A stretch of DNA of 64,000 bases from Camelus dromedarius (lineage: Eukaryota), in the NCBI RefSeq assembly GCF_036321535.1, contig NC_087437.1, positions 62,932,001 to 62,996,000 of the forward strand, read 5' to 3'. Positions 41,120-55,994 of this stretch are shown in pieces (positions within the stretch are counted from its first letter, which is position 1; every line of letters begins with the position of its first letter). Both the position numbers and the translations under genes were made by a program. The notes below the pieces were generated by a model. The model saw only the letters and a list, made by a program, of their open reading frames with translations, did no database searches and was not told the origin of the DNA.

Positions 41120-44100
41120 ATCTGTCTATCGGAATAAAACTGCTACTGATAATGGTGGCTGCCAGTGTTGGATCCACTTAAAAACACTATTACATGTGGT
41201 AGATTATGCTATTACATTATGTTACAGGTAAGTAAACTGAGGCTTGGAAAGGTAAAATAACTCAAGCAAGCTCACAAAGCTGGTGAATAGTGGATGCTGA
41301 CGTGGAATTCACATTTATTTGACTCCAAGCAAAACATTCTTTGCATTTTGCTGTGCTGAATGGAAAATTTCCAATAAATATTAATAGTTTATGTATAATT
41401 ATCTCTAAGTTATACTAGGGATGATTTTTCTTTTCCACTATTTCCTTGTTTCCAAATGTTCTATGGTGAACATGAATTAATTTTATAATCAGAAAAAGTT
41501 GAAGAATCACTCAAAGTATAAAAATTATATGCAGGGCATTCTTTAGAAATGATTCCAAAAAAGTAAACAAAATTGTCTATTTATATATGTTTGCTTCTTT
41601 TTTGTATGTGTAAGAAGGAAAATGGGCAAGCTAACTGTGATTGCCTTGGGAGGGAGGGATTGGGAAGTGGGAGTGGAGGAGTAATTAGCATTTTTATTTA
41701 CACATATCTTTGCAATGTTTCACTTGTTATTACAACAAACAGGAATCTCTTTCAGAATTTGAAAAATATGATTTAAAAGAAATTTTAAAGGAAAAGATAA
41801 AGATCTAATATACTTCTGTCAGTTGAGTACACTTCGAAATACAAATAAATTTCATTATAAATGTATTTACCTTAGAGATGGATGCATTTCCTAGTTCTGG
41901 GATCCTGAAGACACTAATGCCTGACCAACCACTGTGAAATATACAATCACACAAAAACGCAAAATCTCCCTGCAGCCCCAGTCAGAGATTTCAGCTTTCT
42001 CAGTTTGGACTTTATGACTCTGCTCATTATAGCTTAGAAGAAACATGATTTTGATATGACACATATATGCAAAAAAGATCCAGTTAAAAATAATCACCTA
42101 TGAAGTCCTGGAAATTATTTCCTCTGGGCACAATGCTAACATCAACTACCCAGGACCCTGAGTTGTCTCCCTCAGCAGTCAAAAATAAGAGACATGTCAA
42201 ATTTGAAAACACTTCAAAATGAGGCAGACTCTCAGACAACACCCCAAGAGCCTGTGTCTGGAATGGGGCCATGTGGTTTGGTTGAAAGCCTTCTTTATCA
42301 GCATCATATAAAAATCTAAACCCTAATGTCCATGGCATGGAGCTGACAGCAGCACAGAGTGACAGGTAGCGGCCAGTCCTTGGGTACCTATGTGTATAAA
42401 ACTGACAAGCTGATGTGGATTGAAATGCTTAGGACCCTTTAAATGAAAATGAGCAAAATAAAGATGGAGTGATGCAAAGATCACAGGAATAAAAGGAGAC
42501 ATCTACATCTAGAAGAATCATCCTCCCTCTTCTAATCTTGCTGGTGCGCTCCGCGACTGGGGTGTCAGTGGCTTTAGAAGGCCTAGGTCACAAACAGCTC
42601 ACCTTCCCCAGGTGTGCCATTAAGCTCATCATCATCATCATCCAAGAGAAACATAGCTTTTAGCCACAGGGCTGTATTCCCTGATTAGACCCCTCTGAAT
42701 GCAAGCCAGCCCTGGAAGGGTACTGCAGTACTGGGAGGGACCCTCAACCAAGGAAAAGGAAAACCTTGGCCTCTGCAGTGGCCCTGGAGGTGTCTCTACT
42801 CCAGACTGGAATTACTGAGCATTGCCATGTACCCTGAGCATCCAAAAAAGGGTGAATTATGTTCAGAATGATCTGTATACAAGGCATGGAAAGTTTAAAC
42901 TGTATTTGAGAAAGTTTACATAAATAAAAATGAAATCTGAAAAGTTTCAGCATGAAGAGCTTAGAGTTCAGTCTTGGTTCTCTGTGAAATTAAATGATGT
43001 AGAACAGTTCATTCTCCAAGGACGAGAAAAAAATGATGTGTAACAGTAATACAAAGTGATGACATGATGCTGAGGGCACAGTAGGTAATGAATGATCAAG
43101 TTAAGATGTATAGGCCTGGAGAAGTTCTCAGAAGGAGGGACATTTTTTGAGTCAACTTTACAAAGTCTAAAATGTGAAGACAAAGAGGAGGAATCTGTCA
43201 GGCAAAAGAGTGGCTTGGGCAAGGGTCCAGATTGGCAAGTCAGGAAGATGTGAGGCATCTTGGTGAGGAACTGAGAGAGGGATGGTCCTGGGGTTTCCTC
43301 CTTCAAGTCAGGAATGGAGATGGAAAGCTTACTGAGGGTGTAGAGCAGAAGTGGTTATTGGCTCTTCAGGAAGAACAGCCCACCTGCCCTCAGAGAAGCA
43401 CAGTTCAGGAGCAGAGAGCCCAGCTCTAGCCCACACTGTGGGCCAAGCCCCAGACAGTATGGAAGTGGCAGTAAGAGGTGTGAGGGAGACAGGAGAGACA
43501 CAGAAAGGAGAGCTCCATGAAGAATGGGGCCACCTGCACACTTTCCTCAAACAGGGCCACATTCAGAGATTTGGTCTAAGACAGAGGGGACACCATATAT
43601 CCACCAAGAACTGTTCACCACAGACTGTCGACCAAGACCCAGGGCCCTCTGAGACCTCAGGACCCCTCTTTCAACGAGGGAACAACATGTTCTTTGTATT
43701 TCCTTTCCTTAGAAGATTGACTCACCCATTGGAGCATTTCCTTGGAGCAGAGATGCTATGGGAGATCAAAGTCTCCCTACATATGGCCCCCAAGGGAAAG
43801 GGCAGAAAACGAACAGCTCGAGATTGGACCATGAGGCAGGGAAAGGTCATGAGGTTCAGGCTCACATCCCATCATTCACCTCGCTATCTGGAGTTCTTGA
43901 ATGTTCCTAATATTCGCAGGCCAAGAAGTGTCTTCCATGACCACAGACTCTACCCAGAATCCTCACAGCCACGAAAACCTCGGCAAGAATCATAAGCAAT
44001 TCAGTACAAAACCACCCTCAACACGACAAAGGAGAAATTAAGCAATGGAGTTATGTGAATGGAAACACAATAAATAGGAGTGAGCTGGCCAGGAGGCGGG

Positions 44101-47100
44101 GTCTGGCAGGCCATGAAAACCTTCACAGAATCCCAAAAAAGGTAGATCCCAAAGTCACCGTAGACCCCGAGGGCTCTCTGGAAGGGCTTGGCATGAACTG
44201 GGGCAACACTGTTTGCTGGCAGCAGGGGCTTCCTGTTCCCTCTGGGTAGAAGGGTGTGTAAGATAAGTGGTCAGAGCACTGTTTGTACAAAGCATCATGC
44301 TGTTTCCATTTCCATTTCCAAAATTGACTTTTGACCCCAAAGTCTCACTGATCTACACTTATATAAACATCAGAATGAGGCTCATTAAATCACTAGCTTT
44401 AGCTTTAGAATGTGGAAAGTTTCCTCAGCTAATCCTGCTGCACATGGGAATCTGGCCCTCAAACAGTGTCAGCAGTTTGTGGTGTGAAGAGTTCAGTTAA
44501 ACTCAAAGACTGGTCAGCACATTCTCTCTCGTGGGAAACACCCGGTATGGGGCAATATCATCAGTCTTTTCTGTATCTTTAGCTCCTCTTTTCTGAGCAT
44601 GTTCCAGACATGATCTCATCCACTGTCACTATATCCCTCGAAAAATAATGATGATAATTTACATCTGCTCTGCGCTCTTGACTTAAAGTGCTTTTAAGTA
44701 CATTATCTCATTTAATGCCTACTTCAACTATGATGGAATAAACAGTTTCTTGTTTTGTAGATGTAGAAAGGAGGTTTGGTGAGGTTAGGTGATCTGCACA
44801 TACAGCTGGAATAGCTCTGGGCCTCCTACCCAGGTGTTCCAATCCCTTATCCTTCCTTCTCACTGGACCTTGTTGCTTCTCACAAGAAAAAAAGGAGGAA
44901 GAATTTATAACTCTCATTTTGTTGATGATGAGACTATAGCTCTAACTATTGAAATGGTCTTCATGCGAGGCATAGGGTAAGGAAGGAGAGAATCTAGGAA
45001 ATTACCACGTCAAGGTCATCTGGTACCAAACCATCTGGCCACCTGAAGCCATGGTGGACTGCAATTCCTTGTGTGTGTGTGGGGGGTGGCGGTAAATCTA
45101 AAACCTCAAACTTTTCTAACACTATAAATTCGTAAAACTTTAATTGGTGTGACAGCTACAGCAGGTGGGTCAGACCCAAGCTTTGCATCCAAATAACCCT
45201 CTCTTCTTTATCTGTATTTTTTTAAGTAAATGAGACTGATCTTGTGAACTCTCAAGACACTAAAAAGTCCATAATATTAGGCAGAGTCCAAGCCTCATGA
45301 AGAAGAAAACTGAAAGATGTCTATCACATGGATTTGGCACTCCCTTTCTAGCCTTACTCACTGCCCCCTTCTCTCAAAATTATTTTCAAATTCTAGGCAT
45401 GTGATGGACTAAAGTCCACCAGAGTTATTTCAGTCCATAATTGGCACTGCTGGAGCTCAGATATATTGTACAAAATAGCCCACAGTGTGAAACACCATGG
45501 AGCTATGTAATTACAGCTGACGTTGCCAATATTTAATGCTGTCGGCTCCTAGAATGTACTAGGACAGCTGTACTAGTCTCTACTGAGACCCAGAGGGCAG
45601 TGTGCTGGGCTGGCTGGGCATTTGCCTTATGTATCCCCAAACCAATGAAGGCACCTCTCTTGATGAGGCTTGGATGTCACCTGGCACCACAGGAGGCCAC
45701 AAGAGCTCAGCTCTCTGTGCCCCAAACTTGGCTGCCTTTCCAGGTGGAGTAACTCAGAGGTAAGGCTTTGTTCCTGTCAGAACTTGGCAGTGGGCTTTTC
45801 TCCTGTTCAAAATTTATTCCAAACAAAATTGGTTCATAAAAATGCCTCCAGTTGCTCATTGGCAGAGAAAAAACACACATAACTGCTTGGTGGGCTGTTC
45901 ATGTTGGTGATGGATGTCTGATTTTTGGTTTTCATAGTATATACACTGAAGCCCTTTCACTCTTAGGTGCTGGTTGCTGACTTTCACCACCTATCCCAGA
46001 GGCACCTCCACCCACAAGTCCTCAAAATCCCCTTACCCTTCAACCCAGACATTGTTGATCTTCCCATCACCATGAATGCCACATCAAGCGAGTGCTTGCC
46101 TCATGGAGCTCTTAGGGGTCCTGGAAAGCAATGCCCACCCAAAATCACACTTGGATCAGAGCCAACTGCTGCACCTTGGACCCTGACTAGAGCCCCTATT
46201 TCAGGAAGGGATGTCCCAAGAGAAGATGGGACAGACATGAAGGAAAAAGAAGAGGAAGGAGAGAAGGAAGAAGGGGAGGAAAGAGGGTACAAAGGGACTT
46301 TTTTGAAGCACTCCCATCCACCCACCACCACCACCACATCCATCACCATCTATGCACCCTACTTCAGCCAGTTTTAGGGGCTCAGAAGGCCCTCACAGCC
46401 CTCTAATATACATGCACCTACAACAAGAAGTGAGCGGCTTGGGAGGGTGCTTGTAAATTGCCATTCTCTGAAGCTTTCTCTTGGGAAAAGATTCGAATGC
46501 CTGGCTGAAATCCAGTCCTCTGTTTTCAATACTTAATCTCCATCTCCTTATCCATTTCTAACTCCACCTGCTTTTAATAGTCTATAATTATAAATTACCA
46601 GAATCTGGGAAAGAGTAAGAAGTCTTAACATTAAAGACTTCACCAGCAAAAACATAAAACAAAGCAAAACCCAAAACCACTGTACATGTGTATCTATTAC
46701 TATGACTATACCATTAAGTGAGAAAAGCTGGTGACCAACATACATACACATATAAATAGAGAAATATCTGGAAGAAGAAACACCAAAGTATTAGCAACTG
46801 TTAAGACAGCTGGACAACCGAGTTGGGTGGATTATTTTTGTTCCTTTTTGCTCATCTGCACTTCTATATCAAAAATGTGTAGTTTTGTATTTAGAAATTT
46901 AAAAAATAATAAAATAGACACTTCGTTTGGAAAAAAATCAAAATGAGAATTTAATAAGTTCAGTTTTTCCTGTTACTCTGTGTACATATGTGCTAGAAGC
47001 ATGAGCTTTGGGGTCAGACTGCCTGGCTTCAAAGCCTATTTCCTGCACTTGAATGTTCCTCTCTAGGCCTGATTTTTCATCTGGAAATTGAGGGTAATAT

Positions 47101-48389
47101 TAAAACATACTCCACAGAGATGTCTCCAGGATTAAATGAGATATTTCTTCTAAAGGTATATATTCAATAAATGGCAGTTATTATTATTACTTATTCATAT
47201 ATTTTTATTGCATAGGCTTAAAACTTCACAAATACTTTTCAAAATATATTTATCCAGGAGAAATGTTTTCACTGTGGAATTTGCACACATCTTTCACGTG
47301 CCCCCTCTTAGTTTTAGCTTAGACAGTGCTAGCTTCCAAAAGCCCACAGTGTCAGAAATGAAAGGAGGCAAGAGAAAGGAAGTCAATTTGGGCAGGTTGA
47401 CCTGTGTTGAAATTAATTATTGAAAGGCATGGTAATACATGGTTTTCTTTCTGAATCAATACCGGGCAGATGAGAAAGCTTTCTTCTGGAACAGCTTTCC
47501 TTGTTCCCTTTCTAAAACATGTCAGTGCTCTCTAAGATTCAGCAATTTTGTATTCTTCCCATTGGTGTGTTTTGTCACTGTGCAAGGTTAATATGTTGTT
47601 ACCTTGTGAAACTAGTTGTCACACACTTGGTACCTCTCTAAAGAGGCACCATGTGTCAGAGCAAGCTTTGGAAGGAAGAGTACTCTCAGTTGGTGCCCAG
47701 ACTCTCTCTCCTTCCTTCTTTTCTGAGATCCTATGGCAGGCTCATCTCCAATCCCATTAAAGAAATCAAATGGAATCACACATCCTACCAATAGACTGGT
47801 TCTCCATATCAGGTCCCAGTGGCAGCTAATCCAGCCCTGCTCTGGTGCCCACATTTGATAATTAGACTTTTGTCTTGTTCCTAAGAGCCAGCTCTTCCTT
47901 ACCTGGTGCCCCAGCAATTGACTGCAAATGCTACACTCTTCTTCACTTTACCTGATTTGTAGCCCAGTGACTGGAGCCTGCTATCTGTTAACAGCCTTCC
48001 CAATGCAAACTGCCCATCCTCCTCCTTGGGTCTCTGAGTACATTGGCTCCTGGATGACCAGTGTTGGGTACCCACTACCTACCACCCCGAGGCAGGATGT
48101 GCCATTACTCTATTGCCTTTCCTTGGTTCCGACTGGTCAAATTGGATGGCCATCTCTTCCATATGCTTAACCCAAGGGCCAAGCTTATCTGTACTTGTAG
48201 CTGATCTTTCCCCTTGGCACCTGGCCCATCTCGAAGGACAAGCCTACTCTTTCCAACCTAGTTAGGCAGACCATACCCAGCTGAGTCTTGAGAGATGACA
48301 GCATGGTACTCGATAACTTATCCTGAAAGGGAGTGAGGCTTAGATATATCCACTACCACCACGACCACGGTCCCCACTGCTGCCACAGA

Positions 48390-48597
48390 GGCTACCATTT
48401 ATCAAGCATCTCTTATGAACCAATTTCTCTATTAGGCACATTCCAAGTGTTATTTCTAACCCCTACATCACTCTTCAGGGGAGGTGTCACCACCCCCATT
48501 TTAGAGAGGACACTGAGGCTCAGGGCAATTAAGTGATTGCCACAAAGCCAATAAAAGAACAGACTGACTGCAAATGCTACATTTTTCTTCACTATAT
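48390..48597 (-). mobile_element. MIR
   Basis: ccccattttagagaggacactgaggctcagggcaattaagtgattgcc...ctgactgcaaa. Confidence 0.7.
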
Positions 48598-49229
48598 CGT
48601 ATGTCCAAATAGATGGGAAATTAGAACTGAGAGGGATGGCTCAAACAGGCTTGTAGAGCTATCAAGGGGGATGTGTTTTGGAGACAAGGAGGCTTCATTA
48701 ATGATAGCCTGACCTTAGCAAAAGGTAAAAAGAAAGAGACAAAATAATCTCCTGGGCTGGTTCAAGTGTAGCCCACCACCTTGAGCTAGAAAATGGAAAC
48801 GAAGCTCCAGGCCAGACCGATTAACTGTCAAGTTAACTGCTGAACTGGCCAAGCTCTAACAGTCAGCAGAGCCAGCTGGGTACATATGTTTCAGATAAGG
48901 CAAAGGACAGGTAAAGAAAGGTGACAGGCAGTCACAGGATTCCCAGAGTCCTGACGTCACAAAGAAATTTTAGATGAAGATGTCATAGAGGGTCATGAAG
49001 GTGACCCTGGAGTCCAAGGGAAATCTTAGACACAGGAGGGAAAGAGTGCCACTCAGCGGTCGTATGATCACAGTGCTAACACATGGCTGTCTGAAGGACC
49101 ACCCAGAGCCATGCATAGAAGAGAATTAGGAACTGGTTCTGGGGTAGAACTGAGGCCCCTGCCAGGCCTGATCCCAGAGACATCCAAAGTTTCTGTGAAT
49201 CAAGAGACTCTACAACATGGAAGGTGGTT

Positions 49230-49450
49230 GACAGCCTGGGCGCTGGAGCTAGACTCCTGGGGTTTGAATCCCAGTTCCACCATTTACTAGCTCTGCCAAC
49301 CTGAGCTAATTATTTCACCTCTTTGCCTTAGATTCCTTATCTGTAAATGGGAATATCAGTACCTAACTCATGGGATGTTATGAGAATGAAGTGAAGAGTG
49401 TCTGGTACATAGAAAGTACTCAGTAAGTGTTACTGTTCTTATCATTACTG
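49230..49450 (+). mobile_element. MIR
   Basis: gggcgctggagctagactcctggggtttgaatcccagttccaccatttactagct...ttccttatctgtaaatgggaata. Confidence 0.8.
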
Positions 49451-50234
49451 CTGTTGTTAGGGTCTCCTCAACAGGGAGAAGGAAAAAATGTCTATCAACA
49501 AACATGACAGACTGAACAAAAACTATGACTAGGTGAGTTGTCTTGGACACAAAGTCAATATACTGAACATAAAATCAGTATACTTATTTGGTCTGATTTA
49601 CCTTTTGTTTTGTTGTTGCCTTTAAGGTCCCTTTGAAAAGGGCCAGTTTTATTCACCTCTAATCTTATTCACCTCTCTAAGGGAGAACTTTTGAAAGGTA
49701 AAAAGAACTTCACCACATTTCAGCCAAAAGAGGGAGAGAGTTAGAGCCTCCCGAGCAGTCAGGCATAGTGTGATGCTAACTATCCCAGTCAGAAAATCAT
49801 GGAAACTTAGCAGGGCTGGTGACATGGACAGAGTACTAAGGATTACCATGCCCTCTTGTCAAAATTGGTTTCCCATGGAACCAATTTATAGGAAATAATT
49901 TCATCTGAAATAATCTGTTAGGCTTTTTTTTTCTTCAATTAAAAGAATACAGAATAGTCCAAATAACTCACTCAAAATTTGACTCCAAAGATGCTTCTTG
50001 CCAAGTGTGGGATTCTGGACTGGGGCTGTCCACGCTGACTCTTGCTCAGTGTAATCCTACTAGTTCTATCAGGATGGCTACCAATTAGGTCCTGGGTTTT
50101 ATGTTTCTGAGGCCTGTATTTTTTAATGAATATTCATTCAATCCACCTCTCTTCCATTTATCATTCTTAGAGTTGCAAAGGACCTCAGACATCACCTGGC
50201 TTGATATCCACCCAACAAAGGAATCCCCTCTATA

Positions 50235-51650
50235 CCATTCATTCCTTTATTTTTCAAGTGCCAATTACATGTTAGGCTCACTGTACCAGGCATTGGGATA
50301 AAAAGGCTAATAAGATAAAATTTCTGCTCTAAGGAAGGTCACAGCTGGGGAGTGAGGTCAGCATAAAATTGATTATGACACTGTGTGATAACTTCCATGA
50401 CAGGGATGTGACCAGAAAAAGTGGTAATATTTGAGATGAGTGTTCAAAGAGGAACAGAAGTTGGTCAGGAGTAGTCAAAGTTAAAGATGTAGGAAGGATT
50501 AAAAAGGAGACAGCATTGACACTTGAGATCATGACATATTTAGGTAAAATCTGGGACAGGAGGAATACAGAGTGGGGCTGAAAAGGAAAACCAGAGAAGG
50601 CAATAGCCAGCTCATAAAAGGTTCATAATATCAAGAATTTGAACTTTATTCCAATGGGAAGACACCTATGAGTTCTATAACAAACAGAGTAGCAGGATGA
50701 GATGTGCATTTTAGGAAAACCACTCTGGTAGCAGTGTGGGCACAGAGTAAAGGAGACCATGACTAGAGTCAAGGAAAACAGGAGGATATTGAAAGCATGA
50801 GATAATGAGACTCCTATCTAGGGCAGAGGCAATGAAAATGGAAGGAGAGGGACTTATTAAATACATAGAAACAGTAATCTTTGCAAAAGACTAATGAAAG
50901 GTGAGAGCAAGGGAGGAATCAAGAATGACTCCCAAGTTGCTGGCTTGAGCAGCTGGGTGGTTGGTACCCTTCACTTACACAATACAGGAGGAAAAGGACA
51001 CCTGAAAGGGGTAGGAGATGGTCAAATAAATTTTGGACACATTGGGTTTGAAAACCCTCTGAAAAATCAAAGTGGAAGAGTCTAGAAAGCCAGTGGGTTT
51101 TCGAATGGGAAGCACAGGGGTGAGATCAGAGATGAGACATGGATTTGGGAGCCATCAGAGTAGGCAGTGGCAGTTGAGGTCATGAAAGAGTATAAAATCA
51201 TGCAGGCAGCATAAAGTGAGAAGAGAAGGTCTGAGGAAAAAAATCCTGGGGAAAAGGGAGACAACTCTAAGAAGGACCAGTCAGAAATACATTAAGGAAA
51301 CCAAGAGAGCAAAGTGTCATAGAAGGCTGACAAAAGGTCAGATGCTTCAGAAAGACCAATGAATATCTGAAAAATGTCCTTTGGATTTAACAAACAAAAA
51401 GAGACTTTGGTAAGATTAACCTCAGCTGGTCAGAGAGAACAGAAACTCAACAGAAGCTCAAGTCGAAGGGCATCTAGGAGGTGAGGAAGTGGAGATGCAT
51501 GTATAAAATTTTCTCTCAAACACCTGGGCTGTCAAGGGAAGGAAGAACAGAGGAAAGTAGGGTCCAGAAAAGGTACTCTTGGTTTCTTTTTGTTTGCTTG
51601 CTTGTTTGTTTCTAAGATGGGAAAAATCTGAGAATGTTTATATCCTAAGG
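50235..51650 (-). mobile_element. L2 LINE fragment
   Basis: cattcattc...gtaccaggcattgggata; tgcattttaggaaaaccactctggtagcagtgtgg; gagggaggaatcaagaatgactcccaagtt-like; ttttggacacattgggtttga. Confidence 0.8.
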
Positions 51651-52077
51651 ACGAAAGTATTGCCTCTACTCGAAAACCTCCAGTGATAAGCACACTACAT
51701 CAGGAGACATTTCATTCTGGTTTTGGACAGCTCATAAAAAAGCAACTGTGGGTTAGAAATGATACCTGAATTAAGCCAAAATTAGCTTCACTGTACCTTC
51801 TACCCTATCTCTTTTACAGGAAGCCTTCAACTATCAAACTCAACCCCTGCCTTCCATAAAAAATTATTTACTCAAAACTGGTCATAGCCAGTTACTTTAA
51901 CTTCACTCTCCTGGCAGCATTCCAACAATCACAGCCTAGTTTGTCAATATCCTTTTGAAAATGTATTTTCAGAGCATAGCTGAGCCCCATGGAAACTAAA
52001 TGAGCTGAAATCTCCAAGTCTCTTTCTTCAGGGGCTACAGAGTTTCTTGCGGATCTGCTCAATTCTCTTTGCTGCAG

Positions 52078-52197
52078 ACTGTCAGCACATTGATCTTGGA
52101 CTTTCCAGCCTCTAGAACTATGAGAAATAAATTTCTGTTGTTTACAAGCCACACATTCTAGGGCATTTTATCATAGCCATAGCTGAACAGACTAAGC
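52078..52197 (+). mobile_element. MaLR LTR 3' fragment (MLT1A/MST-like)
   Basis: ttgatcttggactttccagcctctagaactatgagaaataaatttctgttgtttacaagccac...gactaag. Confidence 0.8.
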
Positions 52198-55026
52198 CAT
52201 ACTAAATGTTTAATTGTTTCAATTCCTAATTTAAATTTAGGCTTTTCTCTGCTTTCCTAAATAAATGTATACAATTCAAAAGAAAAAGAAGAAAATGTAT
52301 TTTCAGGAATTAGGCACAATATTCCATATGCGATCTAAACAGTCAGCATACAAAGAAATTCTTATTTCTCCAGCTTAGAGGTTATATTTTAATTTGTATC
52401 ATTACTCAAAAGCCTTTAAAACTCTTCTTTGCTCTAAGAGCAATGTCTAAATCCTTCCATGTAAAGGTTAAGGTTCTTGAGAGTCTGGATATAACCCATA
52501 CTCTTTTGAGCTTTCCTATAAGGCTTCACTCTCTACATTGTAGAACCCTTTGCTCTCATCAACTTATTGATGTTTTATTTACAGCGTCACAATTTTTAAG
52601 AGATGCCAGGAAATCTGAGGACTCTCATAACCACTGCAGTTTTCCTTGAGCCAGAATTGAAATCATATCAGAATAGCATTTCCCATATCCTCTATCTGAT
52701 GGAGCAGACTACGGTCCTCTCCAGTAACCATCATGGCTTCTTTTTGCTCTCCTTTAATCTCTAATATTTCTCCATATTGTTTACTACTCCCAGTTTTGTA
52801 GATCTCATATAGATGAGAGCCTTTCTGATATACCCTCAATTCTCCTATTAAACGAGTCCTTTAAACAGAAAATCTTCGATTGTCATTTTTTATTTATGAG
52901 CTCACTACCCTAAAGTCTCAGGAATATTTATTATCTTTATCTTCTTGTGTTAAACTTTAAGGACCTTACTTGTTACACATGCCTTTGGTTGATATATAGA
53001 TAAGGGAGGCTATAAATATTGCTTGCAATCTGTATTCTTGATTTTTTTTTTTAACCTAAGTTGACCTCAGGGCATTTCCTTCAGAAGATGCTTCTTTCTG
53101 TGTCACCTGTGTGGTGCCTCACATATCTGGTTTTGGCTTTACTGGGATAATTTTCTCCTTTGACTTTAAAATTCACTTAAATCCTTCTAGACAGACCAAC
53201 AAGGTTTTCTGCCAAAGCACATCCTTCCCAACCTTTACAAGATGCACTCTACCCCTTGCCAGAAGCCCATCATCCTGGCTTCATAGGATATAGTCCAGAA
53301 AACTTTTAAAAACACCATCTACACAGGCAGCCACTTGTTTCTCAGCCTCCCTTCTCTTCCATAGTCACTCCCATCACACGGAACAAGAGATAAAAAACAC
53401 CACCTGTGCTTTTGAATCTTTCAGTTTGCTACCCAGAACTTGAAAGTCATTAGGAATGCAGTCACAGTTTTTTCTGAGCATGCCATTTGTTCCACTCAGG
53501 AAGCAGCAAAAGTGGGGGAACCATTCATAGTCTTGATAAGAAGTTTTTGGCAGGCTCTCTGTATCTTGGATATTGGCTCTGATCCCCTCTCAATTTTCCA
53601 CATCAAGTGTACACAAAGTGACCTTCAAAACCCTTGTTTGGGAATTATCCACCATATAAAACATCTTTCTTCTTCCTGACAGTGGTCCCAAGAGCTCACG
53701 CCAGCAACTTCTCTCCAGAGCTCTGTGGAAGGAATGTCCTGAGTCCACCCCAACAGGAAGAGTGCCAGGCAAGATCCAAAGGGTAATTGTCCCTCATTTC
53801 TCTGCCATTTCACATTCTTCCACTTGCCCGCTTCATGACATTAATTTATCTGCATTTTCCTGGCTTTCTTCCTCACTCCTTTTTTTCCATCCTGCCTAAG
53901 AACCTCTCATCTTCTCTAAGAAACTAGAGTGCAAAAAAGTATCTATTTAAGGTCTCCCACCTTCTCCTTCTGCTTGCATTTGCAGCTGCTATAACTGGTC
54001 ACCATCTCAGGTGTGAAAAGAAAGACAGGACTTACTCCAAAGGTCACTACACCACCGCCAGGCAGGCATGTTTCCTGGATCACCAAATGAACTAAGGGTT
54101 TACCTTGGTTTCACTAGATGTGCTCCTTGAAAACGAAAAGAGTAAAGACTATGCCTCCTCTCTTACTGTGGACTTAGAGGGTTTGAATATGTTTGCTGTA
54201 TGTTTTTCCACTGGATTGTGAGTTCCTCAAGACAGAACTGTGCATCTCTTTAATTTTCCATGGTGCCCACCGAAGACTTGACAGGCCATGGAAACTGAGT
54301 ACAACTGTCACTCTGTGGGCACACGCTCCCCATCTCCAGGGATTATCCCGTTCCACCTTCCTTTAGTACTCTGGTAGGTTAGTGGATTACACCTTGAGCA
54401 TCTTTGCAGGGCAAGGTCACCGATAGGTCCACTGAAATGTTTTCCTTCCATTCTTGCCTATTTTGACTCCAAGACTCAGGATGATTTAAAAAAAAAATGT
54501 ATTCTATTCAAGTTTGAGAAAAAAGCGAGGGTCAGATAGAGAAATAACTAACCAGAGATTATTGAATGGACTACTTAATGATGCCTGTATTTTTGTATTT
54601 CTTTAAATCTTTTTTTAAATGGTCTGTTCTTTCAAAAATGTTACACTAATGCTTAGCTGCTTAAATGTGACTTGGTGCTTTGAGATTTTAAATAATATAT
54701 ATTTGAATGTAAATGCTTACTAATTTTTGACTAAACTAGCTTACAGAGAGTCTGGCGTTTCAGATAATGAGGTTATAAAGCAGACCGCTAACACAGCAGG
54801 CACAGCTGCTATCTAAACCGCAGGCCCCTGATTACTTTCCTGCTGAGTCGTGGCAAGGATCTCAGGACAAAAGGGCAGTACCACTGCCCAGTCTACCTCC
54901 CGGGCAGATATGGACACATCCATGCCCTGACAGCTACACTCTTATGGGCAGCAACTCCATCCCTAAACTTGTTTATACTCCCAGTGATACCTAACATGCA
55001 ACACACACATACAAAATACATGTATA

Positions 55027-55460
55027 TATACAAATGGTCAATAGGCACACACACAAAATGCTCAATATCGCTAATTATCAGAGACATGCAAATCAAAACT
55101 ACAATGAGGTATCGCCTCACACCAGTCAGAATGGCCATCACTAAAAAGTTCACAAACGATAAATGCTGGAGAGGGTGTCGAGACAAAGGAACCCTCCTAC
55201 ACTGTTGGTGGGGATGTAAACTGGTGCAGCCATTATAGTGGACAGTATGGAGATTTCTTAAGAAACTTAAAAAAAAAAAACTAAAAATAGACTTACCACA
55301 TGATCCAGCAATCCCACTCTTGGGCATATATCCAGAGGAGTCTCTAATTCGAAAAGACACGTGCATCCCAGTGCTCATAGCAGTACTATTTATAATAGCC
55401 AAGACAATGGAAGCAACCTAAATGTCCAATGACAGATGGACAGATGACTAGATAAAGAAG

Positions 55461-55509
<49 letters not shown>

Positions 55510-55994
55510 GGAATATTACTTAGCCATAAAAAATAATAAAATAATGCCATTTGCAGTAACATAGATGGACATGGAGATTGTCATACTAAGTGAAGTAAGC
55601 CAGAAAGAGAAAGAAAAATACCACATGATATCACTTGTATGTGGAATCTAAAAAAAAAACCACAAATGATCTTATTTATAAAACAGAAACAGACTCACAA
55701 ACAAAGGGAACAAGCTGATGGTTACCAGAAGGAAAAAAGGTAGGGGGTAAGAAGTGATAAATTAGGAATTCAGGAGTTACAGACACTAAATACTATATAT
55801 AAAATAGACCACGAGGTCCTACTGTACAGCACAGGGAACTATATTCAATACCTTGTAATAGCTCATAATGAAAAAGAATATGAAAAGGCATACATATGTA
55901 TAACTGAATCACTATGCTACACACCAGAAACTAACACATTATAAACTGACTATACTTCAATAAAAAGTAAATAAAAACAAACAAACAAAAAAAT
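55027..55994 (+). mobile_element. 5'-truncated L1 (ORF2 C-terminus + 3'UTR + A tail), cetartiodactyl/camelid-type, with internal (GT)n
   Basis: Translation ...[18 protein letters not shown]...KCWRGC...[16 protein letters not shown] is the L1 ORF2 C-terminal region. 3' end acagggaactatattcaata...actgaatcactatgct...tatacttcaataaaaa. Candidate TSD aaaatacatgtata / aaagcacatgtatg. Confidence 0.92.
55463..55506. repeat. (GT)n microsatellite inside the L1
   Basis: Directly visible. Confidence 0.97.

Noticed and set aside
43351..43995. 214-aa plus-strand ORF, the longest in the track
   Set aside because: GTG start, no recognisable domain, intronic and adjacent to decayed L2-like sequence; consistent with a chance ORF.
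54893..55402. 169-aa minus-strand ORF
   Set aside because: Antisense reading of the L1 ORF2 3' region.
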